Of a stretch of 64,000 nucleotides of DNA, positions 37,322 to 46,893 are shown one piece after another. The DNA is taken from NCBI GenBank assembly GCA_002709405.1, contig PAQV01000011.1:1936-65935 (forward strand), written 5' to 3'. Positions within the stretch are counted from its first letter, which is position 1; each line of letters opens with the position of its first letter. Under the pieces are notes generated by a model. It saw nothing but the letters and a program-made list of their open reading frames with translations, made no database searches and had not been told where the DNA came from. Source of the stretch: Paracoccaceae bacterium. GTDB lineage: Bacteria > Pseudomonadota > Alphaproteobacteria > Rhodobacterales > Rhodobacteraceae. The translations under genes and the position numbers were made by a program.

Positions 37322-38410
37322 CTACCCCTGCCGGCTTTCAAAGTCGATCCGCGGGTCGACCAGCACATACATCAGGTCGGAAATGATCCCCACCACAAGG
37401 CCCATCAGGCCGAAGATGAAAAGCGTGCCGAAGATCACCGGGTAATCGCGGGCCACCGCGGCCTCGAACCCCAGCCGGCCCAGACCGTCCAGCGAAAAGA
37501 TCGTCTCGATGATGACCGAGGACCCGAAGAAGATGCCGATGAAGGCCGCCGGGAACCCGGCGATCACGATCAGCATGGCATTGCGGAAGACATGACCATA
37601 AAGCACCTGCCGCTCCGACAGGCCCTTGGCCCGGGCGGTGATGACGTATTGCTTCTTGATCTCGTCCAGGAAGCTGTTCTTGGTCAGCAGGGTCAGCGTG
37701 GCAAAGGCCGAAATGGTCGAGGCGATGACCGGCAGCGTGATGTGCCAGAAGTAATCGCCGATCTTGCCCAGCAGGCTGAGGCTTTCCCAATTGTCCGACG
37801 TCAGGCCGCGCAGCGGGAAGATCTGCCAATAGGACCCGCCCGCGAACAGCACCAGCAGCAGCACGGCGAACAGGAAGCCCGGGATCGCGTAGGCCACGAT
37901 GATGATGCCACTGGTCCAGGTGTCGAACTTCGACCCGTCCTTCACCGCCTTGCCGATGCCCAGCGGGATCGACACCAGATAGGCGATCAGGGTCGACCAC
38001 AGGCCCAGCGAGATCGACACCGGCAGCTTTTCGACCACCAGCTCCGTCACCCCGATCGAGCGGAAATAGCTCTCTCCGAAATCGAAGCGCATGTAATTGC
38101 CCAGCATGATCAGGAACCGCTGAACCGGCGGCTTGTCGAAACCGTATTCCTTTTCCAGCTCGGCGATGAATTCCTCGGGCAGGCCCCGGGCCCCGACGTA
38201 CCGGTCCTCAAAGGCGTTTTCGCCGGCCATCTCGGTATCGCCCTGACCGCCGGCAAAGCTGCCAAAGACATCCCCCTGCCCCTGCGCGCGGGCGATGGCC
38301 TGTTCGACCGGCCCGCCGGGCACGAATTGCACCAGCGTGAAGTTGATGATCATGATGCCGAGCAAGGTCGGGATGATCAGCAACAGCCGCCGTAGTATAT
38401 AGGCTCCCAT
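37322..38410 (-). CDS. yejB: ABC transporter permease (YejB type)
   Basis: 362 aa OppB/DppB-like permease ([24 protein letters not shown]..). Confidence 0.85.
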   Translation of the reverse strand: MGAYILRRLLLIIPTLLGIMIINFTLVQFVPGGPVEQAIARAQGQGDVFGSFAGGQGDTEMAGENAFEDRYVGARGLPEEFIAELEKEYGFDKPPVQRFLIMLGNYMRFDFGESYFRSIGVTELVVEKLPVSISLGLWSTLIAYLVSIPLGIGKAVKDGSKFDTWTSGIIIVAYAIPGFLFAVLLLVLFAGGSYWQIFPLRGLTSDNWESLSLLGKIGDYFWHITLPVIASTISAFATLTLLTKNSFLDEIKKQYVITARAKGLSERQVLYGHVFRNAMLIVIAGFPAAFIGIFFGSSVIIETIFSLDGLGRLGFEAAVARDYPVIFGTLFIFGLMGLVVGIISDLMYVLVDPRIDFESRQG

Positions 38411-38419
38411 GGTCGCGGT

Positions 38420-40336
38420 TTACCTCAGCGCGCCTTCGGCTTTCAGGGTCTCGGCCTTTTCGGCGTTGAACCACCAGAAATCCAGGTAACCCAGGTCCAG
38501 CGGCGGCAGCGGATCGGGGTATTCGTATTCATCGTAATAGGCCACCCAGTAGCTGGGGTTGTACCACAGCGGCACCATGAAGAACTCGTGGCGCAGCGCC
38601 CGGTCAAGCGCCCGCAGGGCGGTGTCCTCGTCGGTTTTGTTGTCGGCGAAAAGGGCCGCGTCGATGATCGCGTCGATCATCGGGCTGGCCAGACCGGCGG
38701 GATTGAAGGTGGAAAACGCGGCCTCGCTGGACCCGAAGCGCTGCATCAGCCCGGTGCCGGCACCCAGGAAGGACGAGTAGCTGTCGTAGATCATGTCATA
38801 GTCGAACTCGCGCTCGCGCAGGGTGTATTGCGAGGGGTCGACCTTTTCCAGCTGGGCATCCACGCCCATGGCCACCAGGTTCTTGACGTAGCTTTCGATC
38901 ACCGAGCCCAGCGTGCCCTCGGCCGCGGTGTTGAAGAGGAAGATGATGGTCAGCGGCTCGCCATCGGCATTGTAGCGCTTGCCGTCATCGCCCACGGGCC
39001 AGCCCGCCTCGTCCAGCAGTTTCATCGCCTGGCGCAGGTTGCGCCGGTCGTTCAGCCGGTCGGGCGAAGAGCTGTGCGGCATCCGGGCCTCGGCGGTCAG
39101 CATCTCGGCCGGGACCACGTCGCCCAGGCTTTCCAGCAGGGCCAGCTCGTCGCCCTCGGGCACGCCGGTGGCCATCAGGGGCGTATCCTGGGTGAAGGAC
39201 GCCCGTTGGCGAAACAGCCCGTATTGCAGGGATTCGTTCGTCCATTCAAAGTTGTAGCCCAGAGCCAAAGCCTCGCGGACGCGCTTGTCCTGCATGATCT
39301 CTCGGCGCAGGTTGAACACGAAGCCAGAGGGCGTCGGCGGCGTGCCGTCCGGCAGGTCGGCCTTGATCACCTGGCCCTTTTCGACCTTGGGGAAATCGTA
39401 GTTGCTGGCCCATTTCTTGGAATCGCCTTCGGTGCGGAAGGTCACCTCGCCGGCCTTGAAGGCCTCGAAGGCGGGGGCATCATCGGCAAAGTATTCGATC
39501 CGGATGGTATCGAAATTGTGCCGGCCCTGGTTCACCGGCAGGTCCCAGCCCCAGTAATCGGGGTTGCGTTTGTAGGTGATGCGGTTGTTCACGTCGACGG
39601 TGTCGACCATGTAGGGCCCGGACCCGGGCGAGGTTTCCAGCCGGCTTTCGTCCAGCCGCGCGCCGCTTTCCTCGTACCACTTCTGAGACCACACCGGCAC
39701 ACCCCCCACCTGGTCGATCAGCGACCGGCGCGAGATGCCCTCGGTGAAGTAGAACTTGACCGTGTGGTCGTCGATGACCTCGGCCTCGGGGATGCGTTTC
39801 TTGACCGCCGCGGCATAGGACGGCAGGCCCTGTTCCAGTAGCAGGTTGTGCGAGAACACCACGTCATGGGCGGTCACCGGCGAACCGTCAGAGAACCTGG
39901 CCTCGGGGCGCATGTGGAAGATGACCCAGGACTTGTCGGCGGGGTATTCGACGCTTTCGGCCAGCAGACCGTAGGCCTCGCCATAGGCATCGGCCGGCCC
40001 GTCGGCCAGCAGGCTTTCGTAGGGGATCCAGCTGAGCGTGCCCGCCCGGCCCTTGATCGTGTAGGGGTTCATGGAATCGAAGGTGCCCAGCCGCGCGAAC
40101 GAGATCTCGCCCCCCTTGGGCGCATCGGGGTTCACATAGTCGTAATGGGCGAAATCGGCGGGGTATTTCAGGTCTCCGTAGAAGGAATAGCCGTGGCTGA
40201 CGATCATCTCGCCGTCGTCCTGCGCCCGGGCGGCCCAGGCGGCGCCGCAGATCAGCAGGCCGCTCAGCAGGGTCAGGCGCAGAGACTTGGGAAGGTCGAA
40301 TGCGCGGGCGGTAACGCCGGCGGAACGTCGTGACAT
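38420..40336 (-). CDS. yejA: Extracellular solute-binding protein, family 5 (YejA type)
   Basis: 638 aa with a signal peptide. Size and layout match a family 5 SBP. First gene of the four-gene operon. Confidence 0.85.
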   Translation of the reverse strand: MSRRSAGVTARAFDLPKSLRLTLLSGLLICGAAWAARAQDDGEMIVSHGYSFYGDLKYPADFAHYDYVNPDAPKGGEISFARLGTFDSMNPYTIKGRAGTLSWIPYESLLADGPADAYGEAYGLLAESVEYPADKSWVIFHMRPEARFSDGSPVTAHDVVFSHNLLLEQGLPSYAAAVKKRIPEAEVIDDHTVKFYFTEGISRRSLIDQVGGVPVWSQKWYEESGARLDESRLETSPGSGPYMVDTVDVNNRITYKRNPDYWGWDLPVNQGRHNFDTIRIEYFADDAPAFEAFKAGEVTFRTEGDSKKWASNYDFPKVEKGQVIKADLPDGTPPTPSGFVFNLRREIMQDKRVREALALGYNFEWTNESLQYGLFRQRASFTQDTPLMATGVPEGDELALLESLGDVVPAEMLTAEARMPHSSSPDRLNDRRNLRQAMKLLDEAGWPVGDDGKRYNADGEPLTIIFLFNTAAEGTLGSVIESYVKNLVAMGVDAQLEKVDPSQYTLREREFDYDMIYDSYSSFLGAGTGLMQRFGSSEAAFSTFNPAGLASPMIDAIIDAALFADNKTDEDTALRALDRALRHEFFMVPLWYNPSYWVAYYDEYEYPDPLPPLDLGYLDFWWFNAEKAETLKAEGALR

Positions 40337-40368
40337 GATGCTCTTCCTCTGTCGGGTCGGAACCGGAA

Positions 40369-40389
40369 CTATTGTCGATTTGACAATAG
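40369..40389. promoter_or_regulatory. AT-rich palindrome upstream of yejA
   Basis: CTATTGTC-GATTT-GACAATAG (perfect 8-bp arms), 33-53 nt upstream of the yejA ATG in otherwise GC-rich DNA. Confidence 0.35.
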
Positions 40390-40557
40390 GCTAAAAGGTC
40401 CGCGTGCCAACATTCAAGTGAGTTTCCGTGAACGCGCGGCACCACCATAGGTTGTTTCGCGCGCGAAACGCAATCCTGATGGTCATGGCCCGGGGCAGGC
40501 GCACAGGAAAAAGGCCGCAAGACAGGCCCGGAACCTGGCCGCACGATAAAGGCCGCA

Positions 40558-40591
40558 AGAAAAAGGCCACCGTGCGCCCCGCACGATGGCC
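40558..40591 (-). terminator. Rho-independent terminator after the cytochrome c gene
   Basis: On the minus strand: GGCCATCGTGCG-GGG-CGCACGGTGGCC (11 of 12 bp paired) followed by TTTTTCTT. It starts 30 nt after the stop codon. Confidence 0.7.
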
Positions 40592-40620
40592 TTCAGAAAT
40601 AACGTTGCCGAAAGGGCCGA

Positions 40621-41127
40621 TCAGCCGCCGATGGTCTGCAGGTAGGCCACCAGGTTGGCCCGGTCGGTGATCTTGTTCAGACCGTTGAAGCTCATGGCCG
40701 TGCCGGGCACGTAGTCGCGCGGCTTTTCGAGGAATTCGTTCAGCGCGTCCGGGGTCCAGTCGCCGCCGTGGCTGGCCATGGCATCCGAATAGCCGAAGCC
40801 GTCCGCGGCGCCGATCGGGCGGCCGACGATGCCGGCCAGCGACGGGCCGGTGGCGTTCACGCCCGGTTCCAGCTTGTGGCAGGCCTGGCACTTCTTGAAC
40901 ACGTTGGCGCCCTTGCCGGCATCGGCGGTGGCCAGGACCTCTTCGAAGGCGGGGCCTTCTTCGACCGGTTCGTCGCCGCCCTCGGCGCTGGCCGTTTCGA
41001 TCACGTAGGATGCTTCACCGTGGCCGCCGACGTGGTAGATCCCCTCTGCGGCCCATCCGGCCAGCATGAAGACCAGCAATGCGCCGCACAGCGAGGCTGC
41101 AACCTTGGTGGAAGTCATCGTGTCCAT
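40621..41127 (-). CDS. Membrane-anchored class I cytochrome c (c552/CycM-like)
   Basis: 168 aa from MDTMTSTK. N-terminal TM anchor, acidic linker, CQACH heme-binding site and distal Met region (PGTAMSF). The remaining 470 aa of the track ORF is antisense to pheA and is rejected. Confidence 0.9.
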   Translation of the reverse strand: MDTMTSTKVAASLCGALLVFMLAGWAAEGIYHVGGHGEASYVIETASAEGGDEPVEEGPAFEEVLATADAGKGANVFKKCQACHKLEPGVNATGPSLAGIVGRPIGAADGFGYSDAMASHGGDWTPDALNEFLEKPRDYVPGTAMSFNGLNKITDRANLVAYLQTIGG

Positions 41128-41241
41128 GGATCGCCTGTCCTTATTGATAGGTGTCGGAGGGATGTCTAAGGCTTCCCCCTTCCTCGCGCAAGGTATAGAC
41201 ACCGCGACCAATCGACCAAAATGCCAGATCGGACACATCTC

Positions 41242-42072
<831 letters not shown>

Positions 42073-42192
42073 CCGCCCTTCGTGCCCCTGCCCCAACCGC
42101 CCGCGGGGGAACAGCGGCGCCGCAACAGGCGTTGTCCTATCATCAGCCCCGGCCGCACTGGCCGGGTGTCTGGCGACCAAGGACCCTATTTC

Positions 42193-42783
42193 ATGAGTGA
42201 CAGTTTCCCTCCCGAGGCGATCACCGACGTGATCGAAGAGATCCACGAGGCGGTCGACGACGGCGAAGAAACCCATGTCGGCGACCTGCTGGAGTCGATG
42301 GGCCGCAGTTCCTTCGTGCCGGTGATGATGGTGCCGGCCCTGGCCGTGGTGTCTCCGCTGTCGGGCGTGCCCGGGTTTTCCAGCGTCTGCGGGATCATCA
42401 TCGCCCTCGTCAGTTTCCAACTGCTGATCGGCCGCCAGGAACTGTGGCTGCCCGACATCATCAAGCGCCGCCGGATCCCCTCGCGCTGGCTGGAACGGGC
42501 GACGCGCAGCCTGTGGCGCCCGGCCCGCTGGTTCGACCGTCACACCAGGCCCCGGCTCAGCTTCCTGGCCGTCGCACCCTTCGACAGGCTGATCTACCTG
42601 GCCTGCACGTTTTGCGGCGTCACCATGCCCTTCATGGAGCTGCTGCCCTTCACCTCGTCGCTGATGGGTATGGCCGTGGTGCTGATGTCGCTGACCCTGC
42701 TGGTGCGCGACGGGCTGTTCGCCCTGGCGGGCTACAGCATGATCGGCCTGCTGGTCACCTCGGGCGCCATGCTGGTCATGTGA
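42193..42783 (+). CDS. ExoD-family membrane protein
   Basis: 196 aa from MSDSFPPE. The pattern ..GDLLESMGRSSFVPVMMVPALAVVSPLSGVPG.. and four hydrophobic segments match the exopolysaccharide synthesis ExoD family. Confidence 0.75.
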   Translation: MSDSFPPEAITDVIEEIHEAVDDGEETHVGDLLESMGRSSFVPVMMVPALAVVSPLSGVPGFSSVCGIIIALVSFQLLIGRQELWLPDIIKRRRIPSRWLERATRSLWRPARWFDRHTRPRLSFLAVAPFDRLIYLACTFCGVTMPFMELLPFTSSLMGMAVVLMSLTLLVRDGLFALAGYSMIGLLVTSGAMLVM

Positions 42784-42804
42784 TCAGGGCCGATCGAATC
42801 CCGG

Positions 42805-43275
42805 TCAGGCCTGCAGGCTTTGGTACCGGGTTTCCATCGTCTTGGCGTAATCCGCCACCTTCAGCTTGAAGCGCTTGGTCAGGTTGGACTTGGCCAGCTT
42901 CAGCGATTGCACCAGAAGCCGGGCCGACAGGGTCTTCGGCTTCAGGTCGACTTCGACCCCCAGCCGGGTCCGCTTGGGCGACAGGGGGGTCAGCTGCATC
43001 GTGACCAGCCCGTGCAGCCCCTGCGTGTCGGACGTGAAATGGATGGCATCGGGCCGGTCATAGGCCGACACCACGATGTCGATGTCCCGCCGCTTGCCGC
43101 GCAGGTCGAACAGCGCATGCCAGGACACGCCCACGCCGGGCGCGGTGCGCGTATCGGTGCGCTGCACCTCGATGCCCCGGCGCATGGCCTGGCGTTCATA
43201 GGCGTCGAAATCCGACAGCATCTCGAACACCTGCTCGATCGGCGCTTCGATATCTTCCTTGGCAGAGAATTTCAT
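42805..43275 (-). CDS. SRPBCC (START/polyketide-cyclase-like) superfamily protein
   Basis: 156 aa. MKFSAKEDIEAPIEQVFEMLSDFDAYERQ.. is a typical SRPBCC N-terminus. Confidence 0.65.
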   Translation of the reverse strand: MKFSAKEDIEAPIEQVFEMLSDFDAYERQAMRRGIEVQRTDTRTAPGVGVSWHALFDLRGKRRDIDIVVSAYDRPDAIHFTSDTQGLHGLVTMQLTPLSPKRTRLGVEVDLKPKTLSARLLVQSLKLAKSNLTKRFKLKVADYAKTMETRYQSLQA

Positions 43276-43312
43276 GGCGGCTGCTCGATTATTATCTTTC
43301 GGATTCTAGGGA

Positions 43313-44293
43313 TTATTCCAGCGTATCTGCAAGCCAGTTCTGCAACAGAAAATGCGCAATTGCGCCTTTGCGCGCCGGCTTGATCACCGGATGGGTGCCC
43401 GCGAAGGCATCCATCATCTCGGAGCGGGGCACCCAGATGGCGTCCTCGATCTCGACCGGGTCGATGGTGATGTCGCGCGTTTCGGCCCGGCCCCAGCAGC
43501 CGAACATCAGCGAGGCCGGGAACGGCCAGGGCTGGCTGGCCAGGTAGCCCACCTCGCCCACCTTCACGCCGGCCTCTTCCCAGACCTCGCGGCGCACGGC
43601 CGCCTCCAGGGTCTCGCCCGGCTCGATGAAGCCCGCCAGCAGCGAATACATGCCCTCGGGCCAGCCCGGAGACCGGCCCATCAGCACCGAGCTGCCATGG
43701 GTGATCAGCATGATGACCACCGGGTCGGTGCGCGGGAAATGATGTGCCCCGCAGGTCGGGCAGGTGCGCTGCCAGCCAGCCTGGGTGATGTCGGACGGAG
43801 CACCGCAGCGGGCGCAGAAGGGGTGGATTTCATGCCAGCTGATCAGGGCCTTGGCCGTGGCCGCCAGTTCCGCATGGCGCGGGTTCAGCCGGGTCATGAC
43901 CTGGCGCAGCTCGGCGAAGACATGGTCGTCGGGAAAGCCCGGGTAACATTGCAGAGAGGTGTCCAGAAAACGGTCAAGTTCGGCCTCGTCCAGCCCCTCG
44001 GGCAGCCAGCCCGACAGGTCGGTGGCGAATAGGGGGCCGGTGTCGTCCTGGCCCAGCAGCACCGGTTCCGTCACCGCCCGGCCGTGGCCTGCCGCCAGCG
44101 CGGGATGCTGCATCGTCACGAAGGCCAGCCGGTCGCCGTCGGACCCGCAGACCATCGGCTTGCCCCGCCACATCAGGATCGACGCCGCATCGGGATGGGT
44201 CCGCGCCTCGGCCAGGGCCTGCGGGTTGCCGCGCAGATGCGCCACCCGATCCAGCCCCGATCCGCCAAATGTCACTTGTTCCGCGTGTTTCAT
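43313..44293 (-). CDS. nudC: NAD+ diphosphatase (NADH pyrophosphatase, Nudix)
   Basis: Zinc ribbon CARCGAPSDITQAGWQRTCPTCG and Nudix box GFIEPGETLEAAVRREVWEEAGV. Start at MKHAEQ. Confidence 0.9.
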   Translation of the reverse strand: MKHAEQVTFGGSGLDRVAHLRGNPQALAEARTHPDAASILMWRGKPMVCGSDGDRLAFVTMQHPALAAGHGRAVTEPVLLGQDDTGPLFATDLSGWLPEGLDEAELDRFLDTSLQCYPGFPDDHVFAELRQVMTRLNPRHAELAATAKALISWHEIHPFCARCGAPSDITQAGWQRTCPTCGAHHFPRTDPVVIMLITHGSSVLMGRSPGWPEGMYSLLAGFIEPGETLEAAVRREVWEEAGVKVGEVGYLASQPWPFPASLMFGCWGRAETRDITIDPVEIEDAIWVPRSEMMDAFAGTHPVIKPARKGAIAHFLLQNWLADTLE

Positions 44294-44552
44294 CGTCACC
44301 CTGCCCCGGTCGGTCTTTTGCCCTGCCCCGGGCGTCGATGGCACTTCTGGCCGCGCAATTCAATCACTGCCTTTCGGGGGTTCGGGGCGGCGTGGCCCCC
44401 GGTTCCCGCCATCTGCCTGCGCCAAACCGCCTCGCCATGACGGGCGACGGCTTGCTTGACAGGCCGCGTCCCGAAGGCTGTAGACTGACGCTCACGCCGG
44501 GCCCCGGCCCGCGCCGGACGACCTCGACTGCCCCCTGCCAGAAAGGCATGCC

Positions 44553-46406
44553 ATGCCCCCGCCGGAGCCCCAGGATGACCGCCCGACCGGCCATGGCGCG
44601 CAAGGGATCGGGCTGCGGATCCTGGCGACGACCGATCTGCACATGCACCTGTGCGCCCACGATTATTATTCCGACAAGCCGCTGGGCCCGACCGGCCTGA
44701 CCTACACCGCCAGCCTGATCCGCGCCGCCCGGGCCGAGGCCGAGGCCCGGGGCGATGTCGTGCTGCTGGTCGACAACGGAGACGTCCTGCAGGGCACGCC
44801 CATGGGCGACGTGGTGATGGCCGACCACGCCCAGGACACGCATCCGGCGATGCAGGCCTTTGCCAGCCTGGGTTACGACGCCATCGGCCTGGGTAACCAC
44901 GATTTCGATTTCGGGGTCGATGCCCTGATGCGCGTCGCGGCCCAGGCCCCCTGCCCGGTGATCTCGACCAACCTGGCCGGCAAGACCGGCCCGATCCGGT
45001 CCGAGGTGCAGCTGACCCTGACCGCTCCGGGCGGCGGGTCGGTCCGGCTGGGGCTGCTCAGCGTTTTGCCGCCGCAGACGGCGCTGTGGAATGCGCACCA
45101 CCTGGCCGGCCGGATCGAGATCGACGACATGGTCGAGGTCGCCCGCCGCGCCAGCGCCCGGCTGAAGGCCGACGGCTGCGACCTGGTGGTCGTGCTGGCC
45201 CATACCGGGCTGGGCAGCGCCACCGAAACCGCCATGGCCGAGCAGGCCGCCATCCCGATCGCGGGGCTCGGATCAATCGATGCGGTGATCGCGGGCCATT
45301 CCCACCAGCTTCTGCCCGGGCCGGTCCATGCCGGGATGGATAGTGTCGATGCCGAGGCCGGCCGGATCCATGACACGCCGGTGGTGCTGCCGGGTTGGGG
45401 CGGGTCTCACCTGGGGCAGATCGACCTGCGCCTGTCGGGCGGAAGCGCGGGGTGGGAGATCTCGGGCGCCGAGGCCCGGCTGATCTCGGTCGCCCCCGAC
45501 ACCCCCGCCGACCCCGAGCTGGCCCGCATCCTGGCCCCGGCCCACGCGGCGACGCGCGCGGCCCTGGACCGGCCCGTCGGGCGGGCAGAGCGGCGGCTGC
45601 ACAGTTATTTCTGCCTCTTCGGCCCCGATCATGCCCTGGCCGTGACCGCCGATGCCCAGGCCGATGCCGTGCGCCCCGCCCTGCAGGCGGCGGGGCTGGA
45701 CGGGCTGCCCCTTCTGTCCTCGGTCGCGCCCAGCAAGTTCGGGGCGCGGGCCGGGCCGGATGCCTACACGGACGTGGCCGAGGGAGAGGTCACCCTGCGC
45801 TCGGTCGCCGATCTGCATGTCTACCGCAACGAATTGCGCGTGCTGCGGCTGAGCGGGGCGGTGCTGGCTGACTGGCTGGAAATGGCGGCGAGCCTGTTCT
45901 GCGAGGTGCCCGAGGGCAGCGCGGATGTGGCGCTGTTTCCCGACGATGTGGCGGGCTACAATTTCGACGTGATCCACGGGCTGAGCTACGAGATCGACCC
46001 GACCCGGCCCGCGCGGTTCACGGCCGAGGGCCGGCTGACAAGCGCCGGGGCCCGGCGGGTGGGCCGGATCTGCCTGGGCGGGTCGGCGCTGGATCCTGGG
46101 CAAGAGGTGCTGGTGGTGACCAACAGCTACCGGGCCGGGGGCGGCGGGAATTTCCTGGGGCTGCGCGGGGCCGGCCAGGTGGCCCTGCCGCCGATCGAAT
46201 TGCAGGAAGCCCTGGCGTCGTATTTCCGGGCGGGCCCGGCTGGTCCCGGATACGCCCCGCCCTGGCGGCTGGCGGCGCGGCCGGGCACCTCGGTGCAGGT
46301 GCGGACCGGGCCCGGGGCGGCGGACCTGCTGGGTGAACTGCCGGGGCCCAGGGAGGACCTCGGGATCGGGGCGGATGGGTTCCTGCACCTGCGGCTGGGC
46401 CTGTAA
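44553..46406 (+). CDS. Metallophosphoesterase / 5'-nucleotidase family protein (CpdB-like 2',3'-cyclic-nucleotide phosphodiesterase/3'-nucleotidase)
   Basis: 617 aa with ATTDLHMHL, DNGDVLQGTP and GNHDFDFG calcineurin-like motifs plus a 5'-nucleotidase C-terminal-type domain. Confidence 0.85.
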   Translation: MPPPEPQDDRPTGHGAQGIGLRILATTDLHMHLCAHDYYSDKPLGPTGLTYTASLIRAARAEAEARGDVVLLVDNGDVLQGTPMGDVVMADHAQDTHPAMQAFASLGYDAIGLGNHDFDFGVDALMRVAAQAPCPVISTNLAGKTGPIRSEVQLTLTAPGGGSVRLGLLSVLPPQTALWNAHHLAGRIEIDDMVEVARRASARLKADGCDLVVVLAHTGLGSATETAMAEQAAIPIAGLGSIDAVIAGHSHQLLPGPVHAGMDSVDAEAGRIHDTPVVLPGWGGSHLGQIDLRLSGGSAGWEISGAEARLISVAPDTPADPELARILAPAHAATRAALDRPVGRAERRLHSYFCLFGPDHALAVTADAQADAVRPALQAAGLDGLPLLSSVAPSKFGARAGPDAYTDVAEGEVTLRSVADLHVYRNELRVLRLSGAVLADWLEMAASLFCEVPEGSADVALFPDDVAGYNFDVIHGLSYEIDPTRPARFTAEGRLTSAGARRVGRICLGGSALDPGQEVLVVTNSYRAGGGGNFLGLRGAGQVALPPIELQEALASYFRAGPAGPGYAPPWRLAARPGTSVQVRTGPGAADLLGELPGPREDLGIGADGFLHLRLGL

Positions 46407-46469
46407 AAGGACGATGCGACAGGATGACGGACGGGTGGTTGCAATCGGCGGCGGATCTGCCTAAGTAGC

Positions 46470-46570
46470 CCGTCGAGAGGTTGGCGCGGGCGAGCGCCTC
46501 GCCAACCCGGTCAGGTCCGGAAGGAAGCAGCCGTAACGAGCCCCGCTTGGGTCGTTGTCCAGCCTCTCAC
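46470..46570 (+). ncRNA. ffs: Signal recognition particle RNA (small bacterial type, 4.5S)
   Basis: Contains the invariant domain IV core GGTCAGGTCCGGAAGGAAGCAGCC (46509-46532). Flanking arms GAGAGGTTGG / CCAGCCTCTC close the helix. Sits on the dnaX side, as in many bacteria. Ends are approximate. Confidence 0.9.
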
Positions 46571-46810
46571 CTTTCCCCCCAGATTTGTCGGATCGGGTGC
46601 CCCTCATGGTGGGCCGCGTACCTGTGGTGCGGGCGGGATCTGGGTATTTTCGAAGAGAAAGAAGCAGCAGGCGGTGTGATGTCCCACGCGTGGGACAGGG
46701 GGCCGGGTGTTTGGTTTCAAGGGGTTACAGGGGCGGTTTTACCCCTCGTTAACCTTTGGGGTTTGGCGGTGGGACCGCGTCACGGGCGGGGGCGGTTGGA
46801 GTTTTGCGCC

Positions 46811-46867
46811 GCGTCCAGCGTGCGTCCCGCGGGGTGGGTGGGTGGGAGCGGGACGCGCGCTGGACGC
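46811..46867. repeat. 20-bp inverted repeat (hairpin) with a G-quadruplex-type loop
   Basis: GCGTCCAGCGTGCGTCCCGC (46811-46830) pairs with GCGGGACGCGCGCTGGACGC (46848-46867): 19 Watson-Crick pairs plus one G-T. The loop is GGGGTGGGTGGGTGGGA. Lies 27 nt downstream of the ankyrin gene stop. Confidence 0.8.
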
Positions 46868-46893
46868 GCCCTGCCACCTTTGTGTCGGCCGGA

